Notes under the pieces: model-generated
Told to the model about the DNA's origin: nothing
Database searches by the model: none
Seen by the model: the letters and a program-made list of their open reading frames with translations, nothing else
Translations under genes and position numbers: made by a program
Part shown: piece by piece, positions 23,158 through 33,090 of the stretch
Position numbering within the stretch: position 1 is the first letter of the stretch
How the letters are laid out: each line of letters starts with the position of its first letter
Assembly (NCBI GenBank): GCA_002269645.1
Contig: NIVC01004650.1
Span: 1-39,406 of the forward strand
Direction: 5' to 3'
Length of the DNA: 39,406 bases
From: Macrostomum lignano
Taxonomy: Eukaryota

Positions 23158-24777
23158 GGCAATCTTCAAGTTTCGTTCGTTAAATTATTTTTTCAATGAT
23201 TTCTGAATTATGTTGCTCTGAGATGATTATTTTCGAGTTCTCCAGTGTACCCAGCCCTTTCCTTGTTGAGAAAGTAGCAGTTTTGTTAATATTATATATC
23301 AAATGTAGGCCTACCGTAAAGCCGGAAATATAAGATGCAAACAAGCAAAGCTAGGCCCTAACATGTAACGCTGAGTACAAACAGACAGAAATAGTAACAC
23401 AGTGGGGTACAACAGGGGCAGTAGTAGCAGTCCAGTTCAGTAGCAACAGTTTATATACATAGAACTTAATGCTTAGACATTATAGTAATGTGCGATCCAG
23501 TATAGGATGTTCCCAAATGGATTGACAGGGTGCAGACGGCGCCATATGAACTCATCCAGGTAGGTTTCAAACAGGGCCTGTGATGTACCGTGCATTGCCC
23601 TTAGCTTGGCCTTGCAGTGTGCCCAGGTGCCCTCGATTAGGTTCGTATGTACAGTTGGGTCTAGAGGGTTCACGAAGGCCAATTGGTGGTTCACCACCAC
23701 ATGGTTCTGCAGTTGGCCATAAGCCTGCCAGCCATCGGTAATAATCTGTGTACCAGGAAGCACATACTGCTAGATGATTGGCAGTAGTGTGGCAGCTGTC
23801 CTGTTGGGCACAGCAACTAGGGTTGCCTTCCTAGAGCTACGCTCAACCATGCCCAACACCCATTGGCCTAGATGATGTGCACCCTGGTGGTACTTACGAT
23901 AGAAAAAGTACGACTCGTCCACTTCTACATCCCGGCCAGCACCACCAAGCTGCATCGGATGGTCCAATAGGTATTGGGCACAGACATCCCTGATGAAGTT
24001 CTGCCAGTCAACCGTAGACTGGGGACTGACCTGGGCTTGACGTGCGCACTCATGCTGCCTGGCATCTGTCGCCCACCAGTAGATGAGGTCCAGTAGCTGA
24101 CAGCTTGAGGTGACTCCGTTCAAAAAAGGACCCCTTTCGGATAGACACCTGCGCATGGCAGTTGGTGCAAGCCCAAGCGTAGCCGTCAGTAAAGCAGTCA
24201 CCTTGACGGAGCTGCAGCCGAAGTTGAATGGCTGGACAATTGGCACACACTCGCTGGTTAGCAATTAGATGGTATTTGGCCATCCAATTCATGGTATCCC
24301 TTGTTGTTGCCGTAATCACAGCCAGTTCCCGCATTGTCAGGGCGATGTCGCACAAAGCTGCAGCTGGTTGCACTTGTGCTACTGGTATAATAAAAGTGGG
24401 TGCCGCTGGTCGTCCTGCCATAGTGTATTAGTCTTATAGTGTATTAGCTGCTTGTCTATTAACTGCTTATGATACTACTCCATGCCACTCCTAAAGCTGC
24501 GTACAGTAGCATCTTTATTCCCCATAGACGTTCTTTGCTAAAATGCCACGTCAGTGAAAGCCACGTCATCATTACGTTACCCTAATATGGGCCATAGACA
24601 TTCCTTTGCCTACCAACGGCTTTACGGTACATTAGATATATAATATTAACAAAACTGCTACTTTCTCAACTAGGAAAGGGCTGGGTACACTGGAGAACTC
24701 GAAAAAAATCATCTCAGAGCAAGATAATTCAGAAATCATTGAAAAAATAATTTAACGAACGAAACTTGAAGATTGCC
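23158..24777 (-). mobile_element. Merlin (IS1595/ISXO2-like) DNA transposon, full length, 1620 bp
   Basis: TIRs of about 165 bp (23158-23324 and 24617-24777) starting GGCAATCTTCAAG; perfect 8-bp TSD CATTTTCT; transposase inside. Confidence 0.95.
23473..24421 (-). pseudogene. Merlin transposase with one frameshift (about 24100) and one nonsense codon (23770-23772)
   Basis: Zn ribbon (CANC..WACTNC, SIRKGSFFERSHL), VEVDES, QWVLGMVER, VPNRTAATLLPII*QYVLPGTQIITDGWQAY, VNH, HTNLIEGTW, YLDEFIWRR = DDE_Tnp_IS1595 motifs. Confidence 0.93.
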
Positions 24778-24887
24778 CATTTTCTCTATAAATAATTAGG
24801 CTCTACTTGCAACATGATATTGTTGTTGCATGTATTAATAATATATAAATATTAATAAGAAGAAAGGAGCCACTATTTGTATATAAG

Positions 24888-25000
24888 TCAGCCTAGCTAC
24901 AATCTAGACCACTGTTATACTAGCTATTTTATTCATACTCTAGCTTTTGGCCTAGCTATAGGCCTATTCGATTTTATAAATATCCTAAACTATAAGTATT
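24888..25000. repeat. Dispersed repeat; inverted copy at about 35940-36045
   Basis: gcctagctacaatctagacc..tgttatactagctattttattcatact.tagcttt.ggcctagctata matches the reverse complement of 35940-36045. Confidence 0.85.
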
Positions 25001-25069
25001 TTATTTATGCTTAGCTATTGGCCCATATGAAGGAACTTAGAGCTTATTTAGAAACATTAATTTATACTT

Positions 25070-25915
25070 TTGATTTGCTAATAGAAGTAGACCTATTTCC
25101 TTGTTTATATACCATCATTTGTATTGAACTCATATATTATAGAAATTATAAATCATAATGTCTATAACCTCAACTCTTGCAAATTTATGAGCCTAGGCCT
25201 ACTTGTACCTGTATATCTCAATTGGCAGAATTGAGAGGTCTAGAAACTTCTAGAGATACACACGACCAGAAATGTGTGTCATCAGGTTTCTTTACAATTA
25301 CAATAACTAATATATGGTAGTCATTAAACATTCCGCATGCTGTCTATTGGAATAAATGTTGAAAACTTACCATAGTCTGGATCATGCTAGGTGCATGCCT
25401 AAACAAAAATGGAATAATTACAAATGCATGCTGAAAAAATGTAGTGCATGCCCATTTCCAAAAATATGTTGGTTTTGCAACAATAAATGACCTTTTTTAC
25501 ATTGTGACAATAAAATATTTTTTTTAAATTGCATAATAGACCCCTATTACCAGTTACTTTTTATGCTTTTTGGCGATACTATTTATAACAGAAAATTTTT
25601 ACACACATTGCCCTTTCACAAGCTTGAAAAAACTGGAAAGCTTGAGATAAAAGCTTGAAAGCTTGAAAAAAACCTTTTCATCTTTTTTTACTTCACAATA
25701 ACTCTTACACATGATTCTATAAAGTGCACGCCAAGTGTGCATGTATACTATCTTCTCAGGAGTGATGCACGCCTAATTTTGGTGTGCAAAGCCAATGCAC
25801 ATCCAAATTTTGAGACATATACTACAATACTACATGATCTGGAGTGTGGAAAACTTGTGGATGGGCACTTTAGAAAAAAAGTCAAATTATTTTACTGCAC
25901 TTTAAGATTTTTCTT
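25070..25915. repeat. Dispersed repeat; 25070-25302 and 25858-25915 recur joined together at about 34018-34305
   Basis: Shared agaaattataaat.ataatg.ctataacctcaactcttgca, ggcagaattgagaggtctagaaacttct and gcactttagaaaa..agtcaaattatttta. Confidence 0.85.
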
Positions 25916-26155
25916 AAAGTATTTTTCCATTTCTATTTTTCCATTGCACAGATGCCAATAAGGGGGTATTTCAAATACCCAAAAAGTTATCCACACTATA
26001 ACTCTTGAACCCAACAATGGATTCATCTGAAAATTCACAGTATGGGCTAAAATTTATCAAGGAATCTGATGAAGCCATCACCGACCCTCTCCGACATCGA
26101 GATCATTGAGATATTCAGCGATTCTCAAGGAATGAGGAGCTTTCAATCAAATCAG

Positions 26156-26761
26156 ATCAATACATAGATACGACCTAGGGAGTACTAGAACCTGCAGGCG
26201 AGACACAAAAGAGTCCCACAGTCTCTTGACTCCATACATACTGTCATATGCTGCAGTTTGCATCTAGTTTTTGGCCATGTCGAAGCATAAATTGTGCCAA
26301 ATCATTTCAAATTGATCCCTGCTAAAAGCACACTGTAGCAAAGAATGGTATCCAAATTTTACATCCATGCTCCATAAATTGTGGACCAAAACATTACTGA
26401 GGTTGTTGCAACCGCAATAGAGCAAAACGCCTATGATTCCTTCTATTTCAATCCTGTCTACTAGTTCAAAACTGTCCTCATGGCTCTCCCAAAGATTTTT
26501 GTTCGTCATCCCCAAATCAAAGAAGCCCATCACAACGTTGCGTTCTGTTTGACCAATTGCTTGCCAGTTGATTGAAGGGTTCAATTCGTCTCTCAGACAA
26601 GGCACCTTGTCGCTTGGCCACTTTCTTGACCTTGGTGGCATGTCAGTCCAATCAATAGTCTCTGCACGCACCGGAAAAATGGCCCTTCGCTGAACAAAGT
26701 TTTCAGGATCCAGGATGAATTCATCCTCGGACGGAATATCATTGCGGCTGGCGTCAGCCAT
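26156..26761 (-). pseudogene. piggyBac (PGBD-like, DDE_Tnp_1_7) transposase N-terminal fragment
   Basis: IEIEGIIGVLLYCG..LW....GY....AFSRDQFEMIWHNLCFD; after one stop the same frame continues VKRLWDSFVSRLQVLVLPRSYLCID, up to the first catalytic Asp. Confidence 0.85.
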
Positions 26762-27093
26762 TGAGTAGTTGTTAAATAGAAATATAGCCAAATGCGTCCT
26801 TTAGTCCAGGTTGCTCAGTCAGCAATGTTTACTTTACTAGAAAGCAAAGCAGATAAGCTAAAACTTGAATCTGCTATACACTGAAAGTTTTGCAAAATCT
26901 TAAGGCAAAGTGCAGAGGTAAATAAAGCTTAAGATCAACCCACTAGGGCCGTCGTCAGGGTATATTTTATCACTGAACAAAACACTCAATATAAATAAGC
27001 AGACGATTGTACTATCTCAAGTGTCAAATTGAAAACGGGAGGGTACCAATGTACGAAAAACATAAAAAACTAGGGGTTGGAGTTAAGCGAGAA

Positions 27094-27142
<49 letters not shown>

Positions 27143-27213
27143 CAAACAGATGTAAAAAAAACAAATGTACGCGCAACAAAAAATAGTGGCTTCTTTATCG
27201 TGGCACGGTCTTT

Positions 27214-27339
27214 ATTGACTGTGCTAACTCTGAATTCAAGCTTAGCATTCTTGAAGCGCTGCACATCAAAGCTCAAAATCCCAGTCTCAATGTGCAATTG
27301 CTACATAGTGGTGCGGGCCACCTTCTTAGGGTGTTTTGA
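27214..27339 (+). pseudogene. Penelope GIY-YIG endonuclease C-terminal remnant
   Basis: IDCANSEFKLSILEALHIKAQNPSLNVQLLHSGAGHLLRVF* fits the PLE LxIxEALxIxxxxPxLNxQ motif. Confidence 0.85.
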
Positions 27340-27545
27340 GTTTGACTATTTTTTGTTGCGCGTACATTTGTTTTTTTTACATCTGTTTGCCTTCTCTCTC
27401 TCTCTCTCATTATTCTCGCTTAACTCCAACCCCTAGTTTTTTATGTTTTTCGTACATTGGTACCCTCCCATTTTCAATTTGACACTTGAGATAGTACAAT
27501 CGTTTGCTTATTTATATTGAGTGTTTCGTTCAGTGATAAAATATA

Positions 27546-27583
27546 CCCTGACGATGGCCCTAGTGGGTTGAAATGCGTTGGTT
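27546..27583 (+). ncRNA. Minimal (dimer-type) hammerhead ribozyme in the Penelope pLTR, possibly decayed
   Basis: acc-CTGACGA-t-ggccc(tagt)gggtt-GAAA-tgcg-TT-ggt: conserved core, short stem II, near-palindromic stem III (ATGCGT vs ACGCGT), 3-bp stem I. Confidence 0.65.
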
Positions 27584-27715
27584 TTTGCCATAAATGTTGA
27601 TCTTAAGCTTTATTTATTTGCTATTAATTAAGCGAGCAACTCTACCACAAAAGTGCAGAGGTATCCTCATCAGAGTGGCAGGGTGACTTGAAAAATTGCA
27701 AGTTAAATTCACTCT

Positions 27716-27826
27716 TTAGATTCTATTGTCCTCCTCTGGCCACAAGCATTTATTGTCTATGGTGTGAATTTGTCTTTCAGTCAAGACAGTAAATGAATTT
27801 TGCAGATAAGTAGGAGGTATCTCTTG
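27716..27826 (-). CDS. Tentative downstream exon of the INTS9-like gene
   Basis: Acceptor gacag|CAA (phase 0). QEIPPTYLQNSFTVLTERQIHTIDNKCLWPEEDNRI*; IHTIDNKCLWP resembles INTS9 LHTKDNKHLLQP. Confidence 0.35.
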   Translation of the reverse strand, partial: QEIPPTYLQNSFTVLTERQIHTIDNKCLWPEEDNRI

Positions 27827-27984
27827 CTGTCTATGGTAAAAAGCCATCCAAACAGATTCAATCAACTTTTGAAATGCGAATTATGTTTTTTAAAGTGCAA
27901 AGAAACAGCAATAAGTGAAGTAAGCAAGGTAATAAGTAACTATAGTCTATGGCAAACCACAACTGCTGACTAAATCAAAGTTAC

Positions 27985-28283
27985 TTTTCTAGGACTAAGC
28001 TGGCTAATGACTAAATTAACTTCACCTAAGTCCAAAAAATTGTTAAAAGGAAAAATAACAACAACATCTACTGACTGACTAAAAGTTAAGAGTTTGTCAC
28101 TTAGAATTCCACTATCATTTATTAAGTTTCTACATGTAAGCAAAAGGACACAATCTAACATGTTTAGTTTTCTTTTCCATTTTTGTGCCGCTAAAATGAG
28201 CTTTCCAACCTCTGACAAGACCGTTTTATAGGAGTATTTATCCAGGAATGGTGTACGCGAGAAAGAAATCAGAAACTTTATTT
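27985..28283 (-). CDS. Tentative exon of a highly divergent beta-CASP/MBL-family gene, INTS9-like
   Basis: Motifs in the correct order: ISFSRTPFL~VVFTGHPSL, GKLILAAQKW~GDVVHFMELW, CVLLLT~TVIFT, FPFNNFLDLGEVNLVISQLSPRKV~[24 protein letters not shown]. Plausible caag| acceptor and AAA|gtaact donor. Identity is low. Confidence 0.45.
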
Positions 28284-28481
28284 CTTGGTGCAAGAGATAC
28301 AGAAATTGTCACAGTAAAGAAGCAAGATATGATGCATATACTACATAGGCAAGGTATTTAAAGCAGTTTGGCAAAAACAAGAACTTTCGTAGTCCTTGCG
28401 TAGTTGCATATGCTACTTGCGTAGCATAATGGGTGGAAATGCAGCAGACACACCTGCCCCACAAGTTCACCACGATATGAC

Positions 28482-28631
28482 AGGGAATGAATTTGTGTGA
28501 CTTGTGGTAAGGAAGCTACACAAAATGTAGGCAAACGTTGATGGTGCTATGTCTGTGAAAAATGTCTTTGCAGCTCGCACATGGCATGTAAAGTGCATGA
28601 CACATTTTATTTTTGCTTCGACTGCTTGTAA
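28482..28631 (+). pseudogene. piggyBac C-terminal cysteine-rich domain remnant
   Basis: RE*ICVTCGKEATQNVGKR*WCYVCEKCLCSSHMACKVHDTFYFCFDCL*: CxxC..CxxC..CxxH..CxxC pattern with two stops. Confidence 0.7.
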
Positions 28632-29271
28632 GTACCATTATAATCTATAAACTTTTATTGTCACTTTCTCTTACTCACTCAGACTTTTACACTAAAAGAT
28701 GTACCTAGTTTTGTCTAAATTATGCTTTATGCTTTTATGCTTTATGCTTAAAACTGCCAACATTTGCAGTAGAAATTCGAAATGCTCTTATAACAGTTAT
28801 GGTCTAATTTCAGACTGAAATTTTGATTGTTGTCACAGCGGAAACAATTCTTTTACTGTGCAACTTGCACATTTAATGACAGGCACAAAGGCAGGTTTAT
28901 GAGTTCTAGTGGGACAAGACATGGCGGTGAATAAAAAAAAGTGGAGGCCTTGCTGTGTACACTTTTGGTTTTGATATGTACACCCTTGCATGCTGTTTAT
29001 TGTAGATCATTGCAGACTGTTTATTCCTTTACAACAGTTTATTCTATGTCTATTAGACTGTTTATTCAATGACACAGTTCCAAAGCTACTTTACTTTGTT
29101 GTACCAGTTTTAAGAACAATTCACAAGCACTTTCTTTTGTGTGACTCTGTTTTTTTTTCAAATTGATCCTTGGACATTTTTCTTAACAATTGATAAGCAA
29201 AACAGTGCAAAATGACTAGGTGTGATTGCAGTGATTTGCAGGTTGCTCATTAGTTTAGTTGCACGCTTAGA

Positions 29272-29720
29272 GTGCTAGGGTGCTCATTGATCAAGAATTT
29301 CTAGCCAAAGTATATGCTAGACTGCCAGAAGTCCGATGGACACTTCCGTTGAAGGTCCCAACAGTCGTTCAGATGGTCGGGATAGTGCAAGAAGTATAAT
29401 GAGTGTAACAGGGAGTTTCACGTTGCTCATTGGTGAGGCTTGATCAAGAATTTCTAGCCAAAGTATATGCTAGACTGCCAGAAGTCCGATGGATACATCC
29501 GTTGAAGGTCCCAATAGTTGTCCAGATGGTCGGGATGGTGCAGGAAGTATAGTGAGTGCGACAGGTAGTGTCATGTTGCTCATTGGTGAGGCTTGATCAA
29601 GAATTTCTAGCCAAAGTATATGCTAGACTGCTAGAAGTCCAATGGACATATCTGTTGAAGGTCCCAATGGTCATCCAGATGGTCAGGATGGTATAGGAAG
29701 TATAGTGAGTGCAATTAGTT
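29272..29720. repeat. 153-bp tandem repeat, about 3 copies
   Basis: tgatcaagaatttctagccaaagtatatgctagact at 29288, 29441 and 29594. Confidence 0.95.
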
Positions 29721-29988
29721 GTAGGATGCTTATTGACAAGATTTCATAATAAATATTTGACCAAATTTTTTTTCGGATCTTAAATTCCGATGATGTCAGA
29801 ATGTGCTCATTGAATCTCCTGACAATGGTTAACTGTCAGATGCCAGAGACAGCCAAGGGACTCGCCAGCCGCAAATGCACTGGAGCTCAAGTCGGTGAGG
29901 GTCAGTTGGTCAGTCGGTAAATTATTTATTTTTAATTAGTATGTATTCTTAAATCACTTGGCCCTGTGGCAGAACCTAAGCTGGCGCA

Positions 29989-32332
29989 CTATATAGACAA
30001 AAGCAGCATGTAATGATGTTCTGCAATGTGAGCCACCAGTAGAGGACCACTGGTTGGCTTTGTCTGCAATGGTTCAATAACTCTCTATAGATGGCTTTGA
30101 TGCGGCATGCAAGTTCTTGACTTTTTCAATGCAGTGGGTAGGAAAATATGAATTTCACACTTTAATATATGGCTAGTAGACAGTACTACAATATTCTCAA
30201 TGTAGGAAGTTAGCTTTCGCATGTTGTCCAGGTAGGTAATCAGATTCATGCCAGATTCGTTGAAGTCTTTAGAAACTTTAAAAAATTCTGGGTTTATTAG
30301 TTTGGTGCATGCCAAAGTGTGGAGTCTTATAGGGTTTTCAACAATGCCTTCCTGGGAAAGCAGTTGGCAAATAGAGTCAAAAAAGCAATTGCTATCAGCA
30401 GCAGCATCACCCAAGATGCACCCTAGCCTCTTGCCAATTAAGCGCAGTTTAGATTTTGCATTCTGCAATTCAGCCACTGGATTGAGACTTCTAATCTGGG
30501 CCATCTTCTGTAGCTGCCACTGCTGTGCTGCTGTGGCCTTGTTTTTTTTTCATTTCAGCTAGCACTCTTTGGCATTTTAATTGTGCCAATTGTCGATTTC
30601 TCGCTTTTGGATTTCTCTTTGACGAAGAACTTCCAGAAACTTTGGGCTGGTCAATTTAGGCATGCCCGCTTCCCTCGCAATTGAAGGCCGCTGTCGCTTA
30701 GGCTGATTAGCTTTTGGCTTAGGCTACAACATTTCAGGATGGTTGTATTGGCGAGCCACTGAACGTAAAATTTCAAGTGTTGAATTCGGTGAAGACTTTA
30801 GAGTCAGAGAGATAGCACTTTGATCGGCATCTAAATCAATGCTAGTGGTGCTCACTAAGCAGCTCGGTGCCTCGCCATCACCTTAGACAGCTGAGGTGAC
30901 ATTGCTGCTTGGCACCTCGCCATCGCCTTGGACAGCCAAGGTGGCATTGCCGCTCGATGCCTTGCCATGGCCTTGGGCAGTCATTGTCGCAGTTGCACCC
31001 ACTTGCTGGCTGGCCAAACTGGAGGCAACATACAACTTGTCATATAATAAGGCTTCTAGGTTGAATGGAAAGAGGCCACACACTCGAAACCCAGACTTTA
31101 CATTGGTAATGGAGACTGACTCAGCCAAAGAAGACAAAAACAGTTGTATAAAGTCCATATTACACAGAACTCCAGCTGAATCTAGCCTCGCTTGCTGCGC
31201 AATGAGATTGTTCCAAGCAGCCTTAACTGATCAAAAGACTGCAACATCCAAAGGCTGCATTACATGCATTGTGTTTGGGACTTGGCCAAAAATGTAGACC
31301 TGTTTAATAATTTCAGAATTAAATAAATATCTATGAATTGTCAACTGATAGAAAAAAAGATAAAGGGATTATCAATTAAAACAAGATATACAATACCTGA
31401 TAGAAAGATCAGAATGAAACAAAATATACTAGCTAGTTTTTTTACTTTTCAGGAACTCATATAATTAGATAGATTACAGTTAAAGCCTGTTTACATTTTC
31501 CTTGCTTAGCAGCTCCAACATCTAAGCATTATGTTGCAAATTGTAATTATTGCAAAATAAAATCACAGGTCTTCTGATTTTTTTCTACTCTAGGTAGAAT
31601 AGGAATGTCTCCATGACCCACTTCCAAAATGACTCCCTGGTCAACCAACCTTTCTTTGTCATGGAATAGTTGTAAATGTCTGCAACATTATGTCTCTTTC
31701 CTGCAAAAACAAAATGCGGTGGCAGCATAGATCACAAGCCTGGATTGTAACCATGATGGTAGCATTTTCTTTTCTACTGTCTTAGTGTAAACAAATTTGG
31801 ATCCCTTTCTAACAACTACTTTGCAGGACTTTCTAGCAAAGTAAGCGGCTGAAGTATCTGCTTCTTAGTGACTAAATTGGGTGTAGTTGATCGGTTGAGG
31901 TGTCCAGATTGACAGGACACTCTGGTGGCACACAAAGAAGCAGTTTAGCCAACCTTCTGTCAGCGTCACTTTTTTTACAGTTTTTAAACTGATCTGAGTT
32001 GTCACTAAAAGCAGAAATTTTCTTTAGGGCTAGAGAGGCCATTTCCAAGACCTGTACTCTAGTCATTGGGATATGCTGCCTTTGCATTGCTAATGTCTCA
32101 ACAAAGACAGCTTCCTCTTTGACTGTGAAAACCTGTTTCTGTGAATTAAAAGGCTTTTGGGGTTTGTTAGATGAAACCTTCCTTATGTGATAAAGCAAAA
32201 TTTGATGAAAAACACCAAATCGCTGCACAATGCTCCTATAACTTAACTTTTCACCTGCTTCAAGGAATGTAATAACAACCTGCACAGCTTCATCAAGGTC
32301 CTTCACTCAAGATCTTACCTGATTTTAGCCAT
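29989..32332 (-). pseudogene. Decayed pogo-superfamily (Fot-like, DD35D type) transposase with a GT-AG intron (31300-31494) and an in-frame C-terminal OTU domain
   Basis: HTH_psq/CENP-B-like N-terminus (KDLDEAV..LSYRSIVQRFGV..VFTVKEE). DDE_1 motifs KVVVRKGSK, ENATIMVTI, LPPHFVFAGKR, KKGWLTRESFWKW, RRPVILF, PNTMHVMQPLDVAVF, VKSGFRVCGLFPFN, LTSPKFLEVLRQRE. OTU motifs ADSNCFFDSICQLL, YLDNMRK, PLLVAHIAEHHYMLL. Several stops and frameshifts. Confidence 0.85.
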
Positions 32333-32359
32333 TAGCCTAGTCTTAAACAAAATTCTAAC

Positions 32360-32770
32360 AGGTAGACAAAGTATACAGGAAAAAATATGCTAAGAAGTAA
32401 GCAAAGTAGATAAAGTAGAATAGGCAGTTTAGGTAGGCAAAGTAGATTTAGTAGACAAGGCTAGTTAAATAGTCAAAGCAGTTTATTTAGATAATACAGT
32501 AAGTTATTGTAAATAGGCAAAGTATGAGTAGGTTAAGTAGACAAGGTTGGTTAAGTAAGCAAAGTAGGTTAAATAGACAAGGTTGTTAAGTAAGCAAAGT
32601 AGGTTGTAGATAAGGTTGGTTAATTATAGACAAAATAGTTTATTTAAATAGTACAGTATGTTAAGTAGGCAAGACAGTCTACATAGGTAGGCAAAGTAGG
32701 TTGGGGAGAAAAGGTAGGTTATTTAGGTTAAGTAGGCAAAGTACTCTAAGTTGACAATGTAGCAAAAGTA
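32360..32770. repeat. Degenerate AAGTAGG/AAGTAGAC low-complexity repeat
   Basis: Many reiterated aagtag(g/a) and aaggttg units. Confidence 0.75.
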
Positions 32771-33090
32771 AAATATGAGTATAAGTATACAAGCCAGCAA
32801 AATTGACTTAACAATGTTTGAAGTGACCTCCAAAAACTTTCAGATTAGCAGTTGCAAAAATGGTTCGAATGCTGTTGATTTAATGTTTAGAAGGTTTAAG
32901 AAAAAAACTAAGTATATCTTATTGCTGGATACATATAGCCAAAGATACTCGCTACAAACTTCCGGCGCTATTGTTAAAGAGCGAATAAGAATCCTAGGAA
33001 TGCGCCGCAAGAGTTTCTATTCATTGGCAGTCCGTCGGTGTAAATACAGTGAAAAAACCACTGCTGTCGCTGTATGTACTAGCTGCTATT

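Larger units (their letters stand above)
26921..27649 (+). mobile_element. 5'-truncated Penelope-like retroelement: inverted pLTR, GIY-YIG C-terminus, pLTR
   Basis: Inverted arms 26919-27187 and 27345-27616, each with a GA/TC microsatellite; GIY-YIG tail in the spacer; 14-bp direct repeat AAAGTGCAGAGGTA at 26907-26920 and 27650-27663. Confidence 0.88.

Noticed and set aside
27960-28330. + strand reading as continued piggyBac DDE C-terminus
   Set aside because: No KGGVD or RWP motifs; the minus-strand INTS9-like reading fits better, though it also remains tentative.
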